DNA from: an uncultured Clostridia bacterium
GTDB lineage: Bacteria; Bacillota; Clostridia; Christensenellales; Borkfalkiaceae
Direction: 5' to 3'
NCBI GenBank assembly: GCA_947627565.1
Contig: CANQWO010000005.1
Coordinates: 4,220-68,219, forward strand
Length of the DNA: 64,000 nucleotides
Shown: in pieces, positions 35,551 through 45,843 of the stretch
Layout of the letters: each line of letters starts with the position of its first letter
Position numbering within the stretch: the first letter of the stretch is position 1
Notes under the pieces: model-generated
What the model was told of the DNA's origin: nothing
The model's database searches: none
Seen by the model: the letters and a program-made list of their open reading frames with translations, nothing else
Translations under genes and position numbers: made by a program

Positions 35551-37722
35551 TCAGCCGATCGCCTTCAAATGCCACACAAAACTCCCGAAATCCGGCAAAT
35601 TCGGCTTTAAGACGCCCGCATGCATAAGTGTGGATCCGTGCAGTTTCAGCCCGAGTTCGGCGATCTCATAGAGCGCGCCCTCCTCCAATCCCGCGAGGCG
35701 CAGGCGGTGATCGGTGTCCGCGGGAACGGCATGGATCTGCATCCCCACGGCATAGGCCTCCTTTTTGTCCTTGGAGACGACCGCTACGCAAAACAGATTG
35801 CTTTCGAAGGGATTTGAAATGCGGAAGAGGTCTCCGCGTTGAAGGAGCGGTTCCAGTTCACGGTAGGCTTTGATTTGCTGTTTGACGAGCTCCCGCTCCT
35901 TTTCGGAGAGCGCCGCCGGCGAGAGCTCGTAGCCGAAAGCGCCCAAAGAGGCGATGGCGCCGCGCGTTTCGAACGGCGTGGTCCGCCCCGTCTGGTGATT
36001 GGGGCACACGGAGACGTGGCAGCTCATCGCCGAGAGCGGATAGGCATACGAAGTCCCCCACTGGATCTTGGCGCGCTCATAGGCGTCCGTGTCGTCGCTT
36101 GTCCAGAACTGCGGGAAATAATAGAGCATCCCGGCATCGAAACGCCCTCCCCCTCCCGAGCATCCCTCAAAAAAGACGTTCGGAAAGGCCCGTTGCAGAC
36201 GTTCCGCGAGCGCATAGACGCCCAAGATATAGCGGTGACTGAACTCGCCCTGTTGGTCGGCCGGCAATTTGGCGGAATAAAATTCGGAAATATGGCGATT
36301 CATGTCCCATTTGACATAGGAGATCGCATAAGTACTCAAAATATTCGATACTTGTTCGAAGACGCCGTCCACAATTTCCGGGCGGGTCATATCGAGGACG
36401 AGCTGATTGCGCCCCGTACAGCGCGGGACGTCCGCCTTTCCGATGGCCCAGTCGGGATGTGCGCGATAGAGATCGCTGTCCTCCGAGATCATTTCCGGCT
36501 CGAACCACAGGCCGAATTTGAGGCCGAGCCGCTTGCAGTGCTCAATGACGGCGGAGAGCCCGCCCTGCAGCTTATCTTCATTCACAAACCAATCGCCGAG
36601 ACCGGAGGTGTCGTCATTGCGTTTCCCGAACCAACCGTCGTCGAGGACGAGCGTATCGACGCCCAATTCGGCCGCTTCGTCGGCGAGTTTACACAGTTTT
36701 TCATTGTCGAATTGGAAATATGTCGCTTCCCAATTGTTGATAACGATGGGCCGCCTTGCATAAGCGAGCGCGGGCGGCAGGATCGTTTCGCGGATGAAGT
36801 CATGATAGGCGCGGGAAAGGGCGCCGAAGCCCCCATCGCTGTGGCAAAGCGCCACCTGCGGGGTGACAAATTTTTCTCCCGGCGCCATTTTTTTGGAGAA
36901 ATTGAGAGATTGGATCCCGCCGCAGAGCCGAACTCCCCCCGTCTGCGACTTTTCCGCCGAGAGCTCATAGGAGCCGCTGTAAATGAGGAGCGCCGCAAAG
37001 ACCGAACCGTGCGTCTCCGTACAGCCGCGTTCGGCGAGCGCCAAAAAGGGATTCATCTGATGCGAGGAAGCGCCGCGCGTCGAAGAAACGGTGTAGGTGC
37101 CGTGGCCGAGCGGTACGCGTTCGGGCGTGCGCTCGGCGCAGTGCCGCCCATGCAGACACACCGCCTCGTATTCCCCTTCCGGAAGGTCCGCGCAAAACGA
37201 ATGCGCGCGCTTTAAGCAGACGGGCTGCGCGCCGCATTCGATCTCGGCGTTGCGGACCAAGATCCCGAATTGCTCATAGACGGTATAATTGAGTGTGATT
37301 TTCGCGCCCGAAAGGACGTCTCGCAGCACCAAGGCGAGCGTCTGCCCCCCCTTGCGGCAGTGCGGCATCCCCTCGAGCGCGGGAGCTCCGTCATAGATGA
37401 CGTGACGCTCATAGTGAAACCGGCTCGAAGCGTCCCCGTCCTCCCTGCAGAGAATGACGGACGGCGTGCGGAAATCGCCTTGGCCGTATGATCCGTATTC
37501 CTGTCCCGCAATATCCAAAGTAAACCAATGGTCGGCGTCGGGGGGGATGGGCGAAAAGCTGATCGGCCGCGTGCGCATATCGAAATAGGTGAGATCGTCG
37601 CTTTCGATGCGCCCGCCGTAATGCAGGTTGACGAGATAGCCGTTCGGATCGATCCAGATGAGATAGCTGAATGACTTCCCGCTCAAATAGAATATTTTGT
37701 TCGTTTCGTTAAATTCTATCAT
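35551..37722 (-). CDS. Alpha-galactosidase, GH36
   Basis: Start ATG 37722 (GAGG plus 6 nt; MIEFNETNKIF). Motifs LVLDDGWFGKRNDD, EGCSGGGGRFD and WTSDDTDA. Confidence 0.9.
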   Translation of the reverse strand: MIEFNETNKIFYLSGKSFSYLIWIDPNGYLVNLHYGGRIESDDLTYFDMRTRPISFSPIPPDADHWFTLDIAGQEYGSYGQGDFRTPSVILCREDGDASSRFHYERHVIYDGAPALEGMPHCRKGGQTLALVLRDVLSGAKITLNYTVYEQFGILVRNAEIECGAQPVCLKRAHSFCADLPEGEYEAVCLHGRHCAERTPERVPLGHGTYTVSSTRGASSHQMNPFLALAERGCTETHGSVFAALLIYSGSYELSAEKSQTGGVRLCGGIQSLNFSKKMAPGEKFVTPQVALCHSDGGFGALSRAYHDFIRETILPPALAYARRPIVINNWEATYFQFDNEKLCKLADEAAELGVDTLVLDDGWFGKRNDDTSGLGDWFVNEDKLQGGLSAVIEHCKRLGLKFGLWFEPEMISEDSDLYRAHPDWAIGKADVPRCTGRNQLVLDMTRPEIVDGVFEQVSNILSTYAISYVKWDMNRHISEFYSAKLPADQQGEFSHRYILGVYALAERLQRAFPNVFFEGCSGGGGRFDAGMLYYFPQFWTSDDTDAYERAKIQWGTSYAYPLSAMSCHVSVCPNHQTGRTTPFETRGAIASLGAFGYELSPAALSEKERELVKQQIKAYRELEPLLQRGDLFRISNPFESNLFCVAVVSKDKKEAYAVGMQIHAVPADTDHRLRLAGLEEGALYEIAELGLKLHGSTLMHAGVLKPNLPDFGSFVWHLKAIG

Positions 37723-37739
37723 AGTTACCTCACACAATC

Positions 37740-37768
37740 AGTATACACGAATCGGGCGCACAAGTCAA
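37740..37768 (-). promoter_or_regulatory. Promoter of the alpha-galactosidase/SPFH unit
   Basis: On the minus strand: TTGACT (37763-37768), 17 nt, TATACT (37740-37745). Confidence 0.5.
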
Positions 37769-37770
37769 GA

Positions 37771-37800
37771 AAAAGCCTCCGAAATGGGCCGGAGGCTTTT
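37771..37800 (-). terminator. Terminator after nanE (end of the long lipoprotein/ABC operon)
   Basis: AAAAGCCTCCGG-CCCATTT-CGGAGGCTTTTT on the minus strand. Confidence 0.7.
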
Positions 37801-37814
37801 CAATTCGAGGGACG

Positions 37815-38531
37815 CTATGCCTGGATTCGCTCCTCTCCGCCAAAGGCGGGACTTTGATTGAAAATGTCTACAAAATAACTCGTGATGTTCTGCGGCCGCG
37901 TGATCGCGCCGCCGATGATCACATGTTCGATCCCCGCGTCTAAGATGCTCTTCAGCTCCATGAACGAGTGGATCCCGCCCTCCGCGACCACCGTCGCCGA
38001 CGCGATCTCCTCCTTCAGCCGCCGGCAGAATCCCACATCGGGGATCGCGATCCCCCGGGTCTCCTCCGTGTAGCTCCGCAGGGTCGTCGATATATAGTCG
38101 AAGCCGAGCCGCTCCGCGTTCTTCGCCTCCTCAAACGTCGCAATGTCCGCCATCAGCGCCTTGTCCGTATGCGCACGCGCATACCGGACCAGCTCCTCCA
38201 GCGTCTCCCCGTTCGGACGCGGACGCAGCGTCGCGTCCATCGCGATCACCGCGCACGACGCACCGATCAACGCCTTCACTTCCTTCCGCGTCGGCGTGAT
38301 GTATACCGCCGAATCCGCATAGTCCCGCTTGATCAGCCCGATGATCGGCAGTTTCCCTTCGATCCGTCGGTTGATCGCATTGATGTCCCGCACCGTGTTC
38401 GCGCGGATCCCCACGGCGCCGCCCTGCCGCGCCGCTTCCGCCATCTTTGCGATCGTGCTCCCGCCGTACAGCGGCTCATGCTTCAATGCCTGACACGATA
38501 CTACCAATCCCCGCGGGATCACTTCTTTCAT
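37815..38531 (-). CDS. nanE: N-acetylmannosamine-6-phosphate 2-epimerase
   Basis: MKEVIPRGLVVSCQALKHEPLYG..., GLIKRDY and IIGGAITRP are typical NanE blocks. ATG 38531 has GGAGAAGGA upstream, whereas the track's ATG at 38546 has no RBS. Confidence 0.8.
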   Translation of the reverse strand: MKEVIPRGLVVSCQALKHEPLYGGSTIAKMAEAARQGGAVGIRANTVRDINAINRRIEGKLPIIGLIKRDYADSAVYITPTRKEVKALIGASCAVIAMDATLRPRPNGETLEELVRYARAHTDKALMADIATFEEAKNAERLGFDYISTTLRSYTEETRGIAIPDVGFCRRLKEEIASATVVAEGGIHSFMELKSILDAGIEHVIIGGAITRPQNITSYFVDIFNQSPAFGGEERIQA

Positions 38532-38564
38532 ACTGTCCTTCTCCATGTTTTTAATTCAGACGGA

Positions 38565-40574
38565 TCATTTCCCGTTGGCTTTCGCAAATCCATTCCGGAA
38601 TGCCGCATGTGTGGCGGCGAGATCATCATATCCGCCGTTGGGATTGGCAAATTGCAGACGGTTGAAAATCCCGTCGTCGTCAACGTCGTTGCAGTTGAAC
38701 CAAATCAATCCCTTGATTTGTTTGGCATAGGGCGCGGGATCGTCCGCATAGAGCTCTTCGAACATTCCCTCGACCCACGCGGCCTGCGCCGCCGCGTTTC
38801 TGCCGAGTTCCATGCCTGTGCTGTCGCCGGAATTTCCGCCCGAGCCGCAGGCAAATTCTCCGATGATCATGCCCCACTTTTCAAAATACGGCTGATTTTT
38901 GATATAGAGATTGCCGTAGTGGGCCGCAAACGTCGTCATGCGCGATTCCGCATTCTCGGCGTAATTATTCATTTCATAGCTCGTTCCACCGAGAAGCTGC
39001 GCATATTCCCTGCCGGGGAAATAACACAGATCTTCGCTCCACCCGGAATACGGACAGGAAGTCGCAATGGGATTCCAAATCCAGATGACGTTGTCGACTC
39101 CGTTGGCCTCGAAAATATCGTAGAGTCTTCGCCACGTCATGATGAAAATGTCGGGGTCGAGCAGATTCATGATCCCGGAATAGCTGGTCCAGTCCGTGTT
39201 CATCTCATTGTTGAGACGGAACATGAGGGGCGCTCCGTATTCCTTGATGTCCAATGCAAGCCGCCGGAAATATTCGTCATATTTCCCGCGCATGATATCG
39301 AACATCGGCGAGATCTCTTCATTGACGCCATTGTTGTTGGTCGTATATTGGAAAGTAAATTCCAGCGTTTGACGCGTCCCGTCTCCGTTGCCGCCCGCAA
39401 GTTCTTTGGCCATGGACGTCGGGAAATAGTGCGAAATATGATCGGGATCATCGGCGGCTCCCCATCCGAGATGGGTATACGTCATGTAGATGTCGTATTT
39501 TCTGCCCCAGATCTCGTTTTCGATATAGGTCTGCATCGCTTTGCTCTTACTGAGGAAGGCGTCGTAGTCTCCGCCTCCCGGGACAAGCGATTTTTCATCT
39601 CCCGGCATCGAATAGCTGAACACGCCCCAATTCTTCCGATCTTCCGTCATCAATTGACGGAAATAGGCGCGCGTCTCGTCGTTCCAATTGGGGTTCTCCA
39701 AGGGGTCGGCGGCGTCGAAATAGTTGCGCTGCATGCCTTTGGAGGAAAATCTGCTCCAGCTCATGACGAGCGTATCCATGATCTCGGCCTGATTGGCCTT
39801 GGATTTCATCACGAAGAGGCCGAAATTGCGGATATCGTCGGCTTCCCGCACGATGCCGATATTGTAATACGGCCGTTCGATGTTCTCGCTGTCCTCGATG
39901 ACAATATCGAAGCGGTAGATATCATAGCCCTCTCTCCGCTCGAGATTGCCGTGTTGGACCGTCGGATAGGCACGCGTTCCGTCGGACGTCCCCTCGCTGT
40001 CCACCGGCGTCACTTCGAAATCAAGCTCGTTGAGAAGGCGCAGGTTTTGATTGGTATAGTAGGCGGGATTGACGAGATGACGGATCAGCCATTCGTTCAA
40101 ATAGATATACCAGCCGTCGGCTCCCGCATAGGGATTGGAATGTTCCGCGCTGTATGTCAAGACGCTGTCGTCGAAGGTAAACTGAGAGCGATAGGCCCCG
40201 ATGCTGTAATCGGCCGTAAAATCCTTGGCGGGCAGTGTGAACGCCGTCCCCGTAGAGACCTGAACGATCCGGCTGGCATTTTCCCCGAAGAGTTCCAGAG
40301 TGACATCCTGGCGGCTCCCCACATGGGAAAACGTATCCACATAGTTCCCGTTGACGAAGAATCTCGCGGCTTTCACATCGCCGACGTTATTGAATCCGTG
40401 CGCGGGATCCGCAACTTCGCCGTTTGGATATAGCTCCCGGAACGCGTATTCCAAAGATTGGCTGTCCGTGACTGCGCCCTCGGGCAAGCTGCTCTTCCCG
40501 CCTCCGTCGCCGCACGACGCAAGCAGCCCGGCCGTCATGGTGAGTCCGAGAATGGTCGCCATAATTTTCTTCAT
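38565..40574 (-). CDS. Lipoprotein with a C-terminal GH26-like (clan GH-A) glycoside hydrolase domain; the N-terminal roughly 330 aa are unknown
   Basis: Lipobox LLASCGDG. FRLNNEMNTDW, VIWIWNP and IIGEFACGS resemble the GH26 blocks (HEMNG.W / W.W.P / E.G). The assignment is tentative. Confidence 0.45.
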   Translation of the reverse strand: MKKIMATILGLTMTAGLLASCGDGGGKSSLPEGAVTDSQSLEYAFRELYPNGEVADPAHGFNNVGDVKAARFFVNGNYVDTFSHVGSRQDVTLELFGENASRIVQVSTGTAFTLPAKDFTADYSIGAYRSQFTFDDSVLTYSAEHSNPYAGADGWYIYLNEWLIRHLVNPAYYTNQNLRLLNELDFEVTPVDSEGTSDGTRAYPTVQHGNLERREGYDIYRFDIVIEDSENIERPYYNIGIVREADDIRNFGLFVMKSKANQAEIMDTLVMSWSRFSSKGMQRNYFDAADPLENPNWNDETRAYFRQLMTEDRKNWGVFSYSMPGDEKSLVPGGGDYDAFLSKSKAMQTYIENEIWGRKYDIYMTYTHLGWGAADDPDHISHYFPTSMAKELAGGNGDGTRQTLEFTFQYTTNNNGVNEEISPMFDIMRGKYDEYFRRLALDIKEYGAPLMFRLNNEMNTDWTSYSGIMNLLDPDIFIMTWRRLYDIFEANGVDNVIWIWNPIATSCPYSGWSEDLCYFPGREYAQLLGGTSYEMNNYAENAESRMTTFAAHYGNLYIKNQPYFEKWGMIIGEFACGSGGNSGDSTGMELGRNAAAQAAWVEGMFEELYADDPAPYAKQIKGLIWFNCNDVDDDGIFNRLQFANPNGGYDDLAATHAAFRNGFAKANGK

Positions 40575-40583
40575 ATCCTCTCC

Positions 40584-42404
40584 TTACGCAACGGTCACTT
40601 CCGCGAGATTGCTGTAGAGCCCGAACGTCACGTCCTTCCCGTCCTCGGATCTCTGTTCAAGATAGAAGAGCACTTTTGCCTTGTTCCCCTCGCGGACGAC
40701 CTCGACGATCTCGCATTCCTTCTCCACTTTCCAACCGTTATAGGTATAGCAAGTGAGCGTCTTTTTCCCTGCGGTGAGTTCCGCCTCCGTCACGGACTGC
40801 GGCGCGACGAGATTCTTGACAATCATGGCGCAGCCCTCTGCCGCGTTCGTCGTCGCGACATTGCAGCGGATCGTGAAATGACGGAGGTCCTCAAACGTCC
40901 ACGTGTTCTGCGCATAGCCGCGCGCCATCCAGCTCGCATACTTCTGATTGGTCACGGCGCTCATCCGGTCGTTCGCATTGTCATACGTCATCTCATCGAG
41001 CGAGACATTGAATTTGCGCGTGATATTCTTCATGCAACTCGGAAGATTGCTCCGCTCGACATAGACGCCGCCCCAAGCGGTCGGGTACGGATTTTCGGTG
41101 CCTTTGGTATCATTCGTCTTGCCGGAAGTTGCGGCGCCGAGGAATCCGACCGGGATTTCCGGGCAAACCTCGCGCATCCGCTCCGCATAGACGGAGTAGA
41201 ATGTGATGGTAAACCAACGCCCCTTCATCTCGGGATACTTATCGATGATCTTCTTCATCGTCCCGATGGCGTCCAACCGATCGGCGTCGGCCGCCTTCGC
41301 GGAGCCTCCGTCGAATTTCAGCTCGAAGATGAAGATGACGTCGGTATCAAGAAGCAATTCGATCGTCTCATCCAGCGTCGGGAACGTATCCGCATACTTT
41401 TTGCTGTAATCGGTGAGATAGGCGGAACGGATCGCGTCCGATGTCGCCTCGGAGAAATAGAGATTGGTATCGGAAGTCGGCGAACTGTTGGAATTATGGC
41501 AAATAAAGATCTCCTTGTCCGATGAAATCTGAAGATCGAGCTCGATATGCGTCGCGCCTTCGTTGGCCGTAGCCGCGATCGCCGTCTTGGACTGCTCGTT
41601 GCAGTAATCGGTGATGCCGCGGTGCGCCGCGACGAACTGCGCCCGTGCGTAGCCGCTCTTTTCAAATACGCCGAGAGCGTCCTTCATATCCGCGAAGTTT
41701 TCGGACACCACGCCGTAGCATCCGGCCGCCATTGCCCTGACGGCCTCCTCCTTGCTCTCGGTAACCGCCCAACAGACTTTCGTCATGGCTTCGACGTATT
41801 CTGCGGCGACGGAAAGATTGGGAGCCGAGCCGTCATACATCAAAATGTTGCAACCGGCCTTATTGGCGGCGCCGACGTGGTCCCATTCATCATAACGCCC
41901 CGCGCCGATCTCCGCCTTTGTCAAGTCGTACACGGTATTGACGAGATATGCCTTCTCATCCGCATACAATTGTTCGATCACGGCGATGTCGTCTGAGACG
42001 GCCATCATGTCCGTGATAGAGTAGGTATTCTTTAACCAATTGAGGAACGGGCCCACGGTCGTCGCGTCGAGACGCACGATGGGAAGCAGTTTCCCCTTGA
42101 TGAATTGGTCAAACGTATCGGCCAACGATTTTTTCTCCGCGCCCAATGTGATGTCCATTTTGGCGTCGGGCGTGATGATGACGGAGGCCGCCTTCACCTT
42201 CCCCGCCGTTGCCTCTTCGATGCCCGCGAAGGACGTCGCCTCAAGCACCAAAGTCGGCTCCAACATGATGCCGCTTCCGTTATCCGAAATGTCAATATAG
42301 GTTTCGTAGGTCTGCGGGACAGCCCGCGCCTCGATGCCGGGCGCAACGGCTCCCCCGACCAAAACCAATGCCAATGCCGCTGCCAAGATCGCTTTTCTAT
42401 TCAT
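40584..42404 (-). CDS. Secreted protein with a glycerophosphodiester-phosphodiesterase (GDPD)-like domain
   Basis: Signal peptide present. AAHRGITDYCNEQSKTAIAATANEGATHIELDLQISSDKEIFICHN follows the GDPD HRG...EN...G...E.D...D....H pattern. RBS GAGGAGG plus 6 nt. Confidence 0.55.
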   Translation of the reverse strand: MNRKAILAAALALVLVGGAVAPGIEARAVPQTYETYIDISDNGSGIMLEPTLVLEATSFAGIEEATAGKVKAASVIITPDAKMDITLGAEKKSLADTFDQFIKGKLLPIVRLDATTVGPFLNWLKNTYSITDMMAVSDDIAVIEQLYADEKAYLVNTVYDLTKAEIGAGRYDEWDHVGAANKAGCNILMYDGSAPNLSVAAEYVEAMTKVCWAVTESKEEAVRAMAAGCYGVVSENFADMKDALGVFEKSGYARAQFVAAHRGITDYCNEQSKTAIAATANEGATHIELDLQISSDKEIFICHNSNSSPTSDTNLYFSEATSDAIRSAYLTDYSKKYADTFPTLDETIELLLDTDVIFIFELKFDGGSAKAADADRLDAIGTMKKIIDKYPEMKGRWFTITFYSVYAERMREVCPEIPVGFLGAATSGKTNDTKGTENPYPTAWGGVYVERSNLPSCMKNITRKFNVSLDEMTYDNANDRMSAVTNQKYASWMARGYAQNTWTFEDLRHFTIRCNVATTNAAEGCAMIVKNLVAPQSVTEAELTAGKKTLTCYTYNGWKVEKECEIVEVVREGNKAKVLFYLEQRSEDGKDVTFGLYSNLAEVTVA

Positions 42405-42415
42405 TGTCGTCCTCC

Positions 42416-43009
42416 TCAGGTGAGCCCAACGATCAGCTCAAAGCTCGTCGTATAGTTGCCGCAATACACAGTGATGGTACAGCTTCCCCGACTGTTGGCC
42501 TTCACGCGGCCGATCGGGCCTTGATTTTCGACCGTACCGATCCCCTCGTCCGAACTCTCCCACCGGAAATCTTCGTCGGAGGCGCCCTTGCACTTTGCGC
42601 GCACCGTAACGATCGTCCCCTTGCGCAGGACCAAACGGCCCTCGGGGACCGTGACGGTGAGCGGCGACGCATTGACCGTCACATTGCAACTTCCGATCTC
42701 CGTCTCCCCGTCGGAAACGGTGATCACGGCGGTCCCCACCGTGAGGGCGGTGACGGTCGCCTGCGTGCCTTCGGCGGAGACGGTCGCGACCGCCTCGTTC
42801 GTACTGCTCCAAGTGTATTCGACGCCCGTCTCCGAAGCGGCATTGTCCGGAAGCTGTAATGTAAGCGACCCGCTTTCGCCGACGGTAAGCGTAAGTTCCG
42901 TTTCGCTGAGTTTCGGCTGTTCGGGTTCGCCGCCGGGCGTGTGCGTGCAGGCTGCAAAACACAGCATAGCGGCCGCGACGATCAGGATCGTCGATAGTAT
43001 TTTTTTCAT
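42416..43009 (-). CDS. Lipoprotein with two bacterial Ig-like (Big_2) domains
   Basis: Lipobox LCFAAC. LTLTVGESGSLTLQL...TWSSTNEAVATVSAEGTQATVTALTVGTAVITV matches Big_2, and a second copy follows. Confidence 0.75.
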   Translation of the reverse strand: MKKILSTILIVAAAMLCFAACTHTPGGEPEQPKLSETELTLTVGESGSLTLQLPDNAASETGVEYTWSSTNEAVATVSAEGTQATVTALTVGTAVITVSDGETEIGSCNVTVNASPLTVTVPEGRLVLRKGTIVTVRAKCKGASDEDFRWESSDEGIGTVENQGPIGRVKANSRGSCTITVYCGNYTTSFELIVGLT

Positions 43010-43012
43010 GAT

Positions 43013-44533
43013 TCACTCCTTAGATCGATGTGATTTTAATTTCAGGCAGATCCCCATTTCGAACGTGCGGTTCCACGGGGACCACATGGCAAGGTCTTCA
43101 ACATGTTCCGCGAGTGACGGAAATTCTTTTTTCATATAGGAAAGCAATTCGGCTTTCCCCTCTTCGACGCACTTGCCGCGCACGCCGTCGAGCTCAAAAA
43201 CCGTGAGACCGTATTTCGGCACGGGCACCGTATCCACAAAATAGCGCGTATGCGAACAGTACCCGACGTCATCGTAGTAGCGGTGGAGCAAAAAAGCACG
43301 GTTGCCGGCCTCGTCTTTGCCGATCGCATACAGACAGCTCTCGCAGAGCACCGTCCCGATCGTGTTGGAAGAAGTGTTCCAGCCCGCATAGGCATGGATC
43401 TTCAAAAGCAGGTCTTCATCCCGAAGGAGACGGACGAGTTCGAGGTCGCTGTTGGTCGGCTCGGCAATGTCGGCTACGGCGACGGTCTTGCCCTCTTCCA
43501 AGGCATACTTCAGAAAGTCGAGATACTCCGGAAGACTGCGCTCGATATCATACGGAATGGTCCGCTCCTCCGCTTTGGGCAGATACAGCATCTCGGAACC
43601 GACATTGACGGCAAGCGCGATGTCGCACTCCGGGAGACTATATACCCTTCTGCACCCCGCCGCGAGGATCTGGTTCTTGACCGTTGCGTCGACCGTTCTG
43701 TCTTCAAACGACGGCGTAACGAACGGACCCTGCGCGGATGCGTAGTAAACGTAAATTTTCGGACGAATGCCGTGCGCTTCGTTGACAGCGCGGGCGAGCA
43801 ACGTCATGCCGACGTCGTCCGCGGCGGGATAGACGGGAACGCGGCTGCGCAGCCCGAGCGCTTTGATCCGGTCCGTCACGCTCGCCTGATCGAGCGCCGT
43901 AAACCCATAGGGCGCGCTGTCATCCTGCGGGACCAGAAACGTGTCGATGACCCCGTCCCGCACCCATTGCAGCGCAAGCATGAGGACTTGCAGATTGGTT
44001 TGGCGGCGCGCGGTATAATCGGCAAGCGCCTCGGGAGGGATCTTTGCTTTGATCTTGGCAAGATCCGCGCTCTCGGCCTCCGTCAGGATCCCAAGCCGCT
44101 CCTTGTACGTATAGACGCCGTAGCGATGGATCTCCGCGCCGCAGTCCCAATAGTAATCCGGTTCTTCGTCTCCGTTGGAAAACCGCGGACAGCGCATGAT
44201 CGTCTGAAATGCATAGATCCGAAGGTTCGGATCGCGCGCTTTGAGCGTCTTTACGATCTGCATGCGCGCGGCCAGCGTCTCTTCCGGATCATGGTGCAGG
44301 CGGGATGGGATCAAGCCGCCGTAGACGAGCGTATCCATGGATAAGATACATGCGTCTGCCCCCTCGGAAGCGGATAAAAGCCATGCGGAGAGAAGCGACC
44401 GATCCGCAGGTTTCCGCTTGTGTCCCAAGCACTGCGGCGGAGGCACAAGCAGCTCGTAGCCCGCCTTGGGCATGAGCGTCGGAAACTGCGCATTGCAGGG
44501 CCGTTCGTCGAGCGGCACCAATACGATTTTCAT
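43013..44533 (-). CDS. DUF4127 family protein (function unknown)
   Basis: Start ATG 44533 (MKIVLVPLDERPCN, the characteristic DUF4127 N-terminus). It overlaps the upstream stop region (TGA-T-ATG), with AAGGGG 5 nt upstream. Confidence 0.65.
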   Translation of the reverse strand: MKIVLVPLDERPCNAQFPTLMPKAGYELLVPPPQCLGHKRKPADRSLLSAWLLSASEGADACILSMDTLVYGGLIPSRLHHDPEETLAARMQIVKTLKARDPNLRIYAFQTIMRCPRFSNGDEEPDYYWDCGAEIHRYGVYTYKERLGILTEAESADLAKIKAKIPPEALADYTARRQTNLQVLMLALQWVRDGVIDTFLVPQDDSAPYGFTALDQASVTDRIKALGLRSRVPVYPAADDVGMTLLARAVNEAHGIRPKIYVYYASAQGPFVTPSFEDRTVDATVKNQILAAGCRRVYSLPECDIALAVNVGSEMLYLPKAEERTIPYDIERSLPEYLDFLKYALEEGKTVAVADIAEPTNSDLELVRLLRDEDLLLKIHAYAGWNTSSNTIGTVLCESCLYAIGKDEAGNRAFLLHRYYDDVGYCSHTRYFVDTVPVPKYGLTVFELDGVRGKCVEEGKAELLSYMKKEFPSLAEHVEDLAMWSPWNRTFEMGICLKLKSHRSKE

Positions 44534-44534
44534 A

Positions 44535-45830
44535 TCACCCCTTGACGGAGCCAAGCTGCAGGCCGCTCTTGATATACTTCACGACATAGGGATATATCAG
44601 GATGATGGGCACGATACTTGCGAGCATGGCGGCCGCTTCGACGTTTTTATGGTTGATGATCCACCAGCTATCCCCTCTCGTTTCGCGTTGAAGCATCAGA
44701 TAGAGGTGATATGCAAGCGGACGCGCTTCCCGGGCGCTGGACCTGATGAACAGAAGCGCCGTGCCATAGCCGTTCCAGCAGCCCACGATGGTGAAGAAGC
44801 AACACGTTCCGATAATGGGGAGCGACATCGGAACGACGATCAGGAAGAAGAGCTGAAGGTCGCTCGCGCCGTCGAGCCGCGCCGCCTCCTCGATATCCGT
44901 GGAGATCCCCTCAAAGAACGTCTTGAAATAAAGCATGTTGGCGACGTTGCTCAGCGAGATCAGGATCACCGACCAAATCGTATTGAGCAAGTGCATGAAT
45001 TGCATCAACAGATAGACGGGGACGATCCCGGCGGAGAACAGCATCGTGATGACAAAGAACATGAGGATGCCGCTGCGGAACGGGAAATCGCGCTTGGAGA
45101 GCGGATAGGCCGCGAGCGCCATCATGAGATTGGACCCCAGCGTCACGATCACGGTGATGATGACGGAATTTCCAAAGGAGCGCCAGAACAGGTAGGCGTC
45201 GTCCCCGACGAGCACATATTCGAGCGATTTGAGCGTCGGTGCGACCGGGAAGATGACCACCTGAAGGTTTCTCGTGCCGTCGTTGAAAGCCAGGGAGAAA
45301 TAGTTGAGCAACGGGATGCAGACGATGACGATCCCGGCGATCAGCGCCGTAATGTTGATGACGTTGAGCACAAGGTCCCCGCGGCTCTCGCGGATGCGGT
45401 TGGGATGGCGCGTGGAACGGCGCCTGCGTTCGGCATTTTTTTCCGCAGCCGACCGGATGCGCGCATCATTCTTCGCGATAAATCTTTCGTGGCCGATCTC
45501 TACGATTTCGTCTAAATCGGCGCCCCGAACGCCCAATTCCCACGCGTTGACATACGCAAATTGCTTGAAGTCGATGGCCTCGCCAAGCCCCAAAATCAAA
45601 AAGAGCGCGATGAGCAGGATCCCAAGCCAAGCGAGCGAAAAAATCGTGACAACGACGCCGATCCCGATGCCGAGCGTTAAACTGAGCAACGTGATCAAAG
45701 TTTTGGTGAGGGCGGGTTTGAAGACATTTTTGGAGTTCTTCGACCAATAGGCGTAGTGTTTGAACGAATAGTTGCCGAAGAACAATTTCACATCTTCCTT
45801 GAAGTTTCGGAGAAGCAGACTGCATTTCAT
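44535..45830 (-). CDS. Carbohydrate ABC transporter permease (LplC/MalG-like) with an N-terminal extension of about 150 aa
   Basis: EAA loop IEEAARLDGASDLQLF. The extension carries an extra TM hairpin (LITLLSLTLGIGIGVVVTIFSLAWLGILLIALFLILGL) and an Arg-rich segment (AEKNAERRRRSTRHPNRIRESR). The start is supported by AGGAGG plus 8 nt. Confidence 0.8.
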   Translation of the reverse strand: MKCSLLLRNFKEDVKLFFGNYSFKHYAYWSKNSKNVFKPALTKTLITLLSLTLGIGIGVVVTIFSLAWLGILLIALFLILGLGEAIDFKQFAYVNAWELGVRGADLDEIVEIGHERFIAKNDARIRSAAEKNAERRRRSTRHPNRIRESRGDLVLNVINITALIAGIVIVCIPLLNYFSLAFNDGTRNLQVVIFPVAPTLKSLEYVLVGDDAYLFWRSFGNSVIITVIVTLGSNLMMALAAYPLSKRDFPFRSGILMFFVITMLFSAGIVPVYLLMQFMHLLNTIWSVILISLSNVANMLYFKTFFEGISTDIEEAARLDGASDLQLFFLIVVPMSLPIIGTCCFFTIVGCWNGYGTALLFIRSSAREARPLAYHLYLMLQRETRGDSWWIINHKNVEAAAMLASIVPIILIYPYVVKYIKSGLQLGSVKG

Positions 45831-45843
45831 ATTCCGTTCCTCC

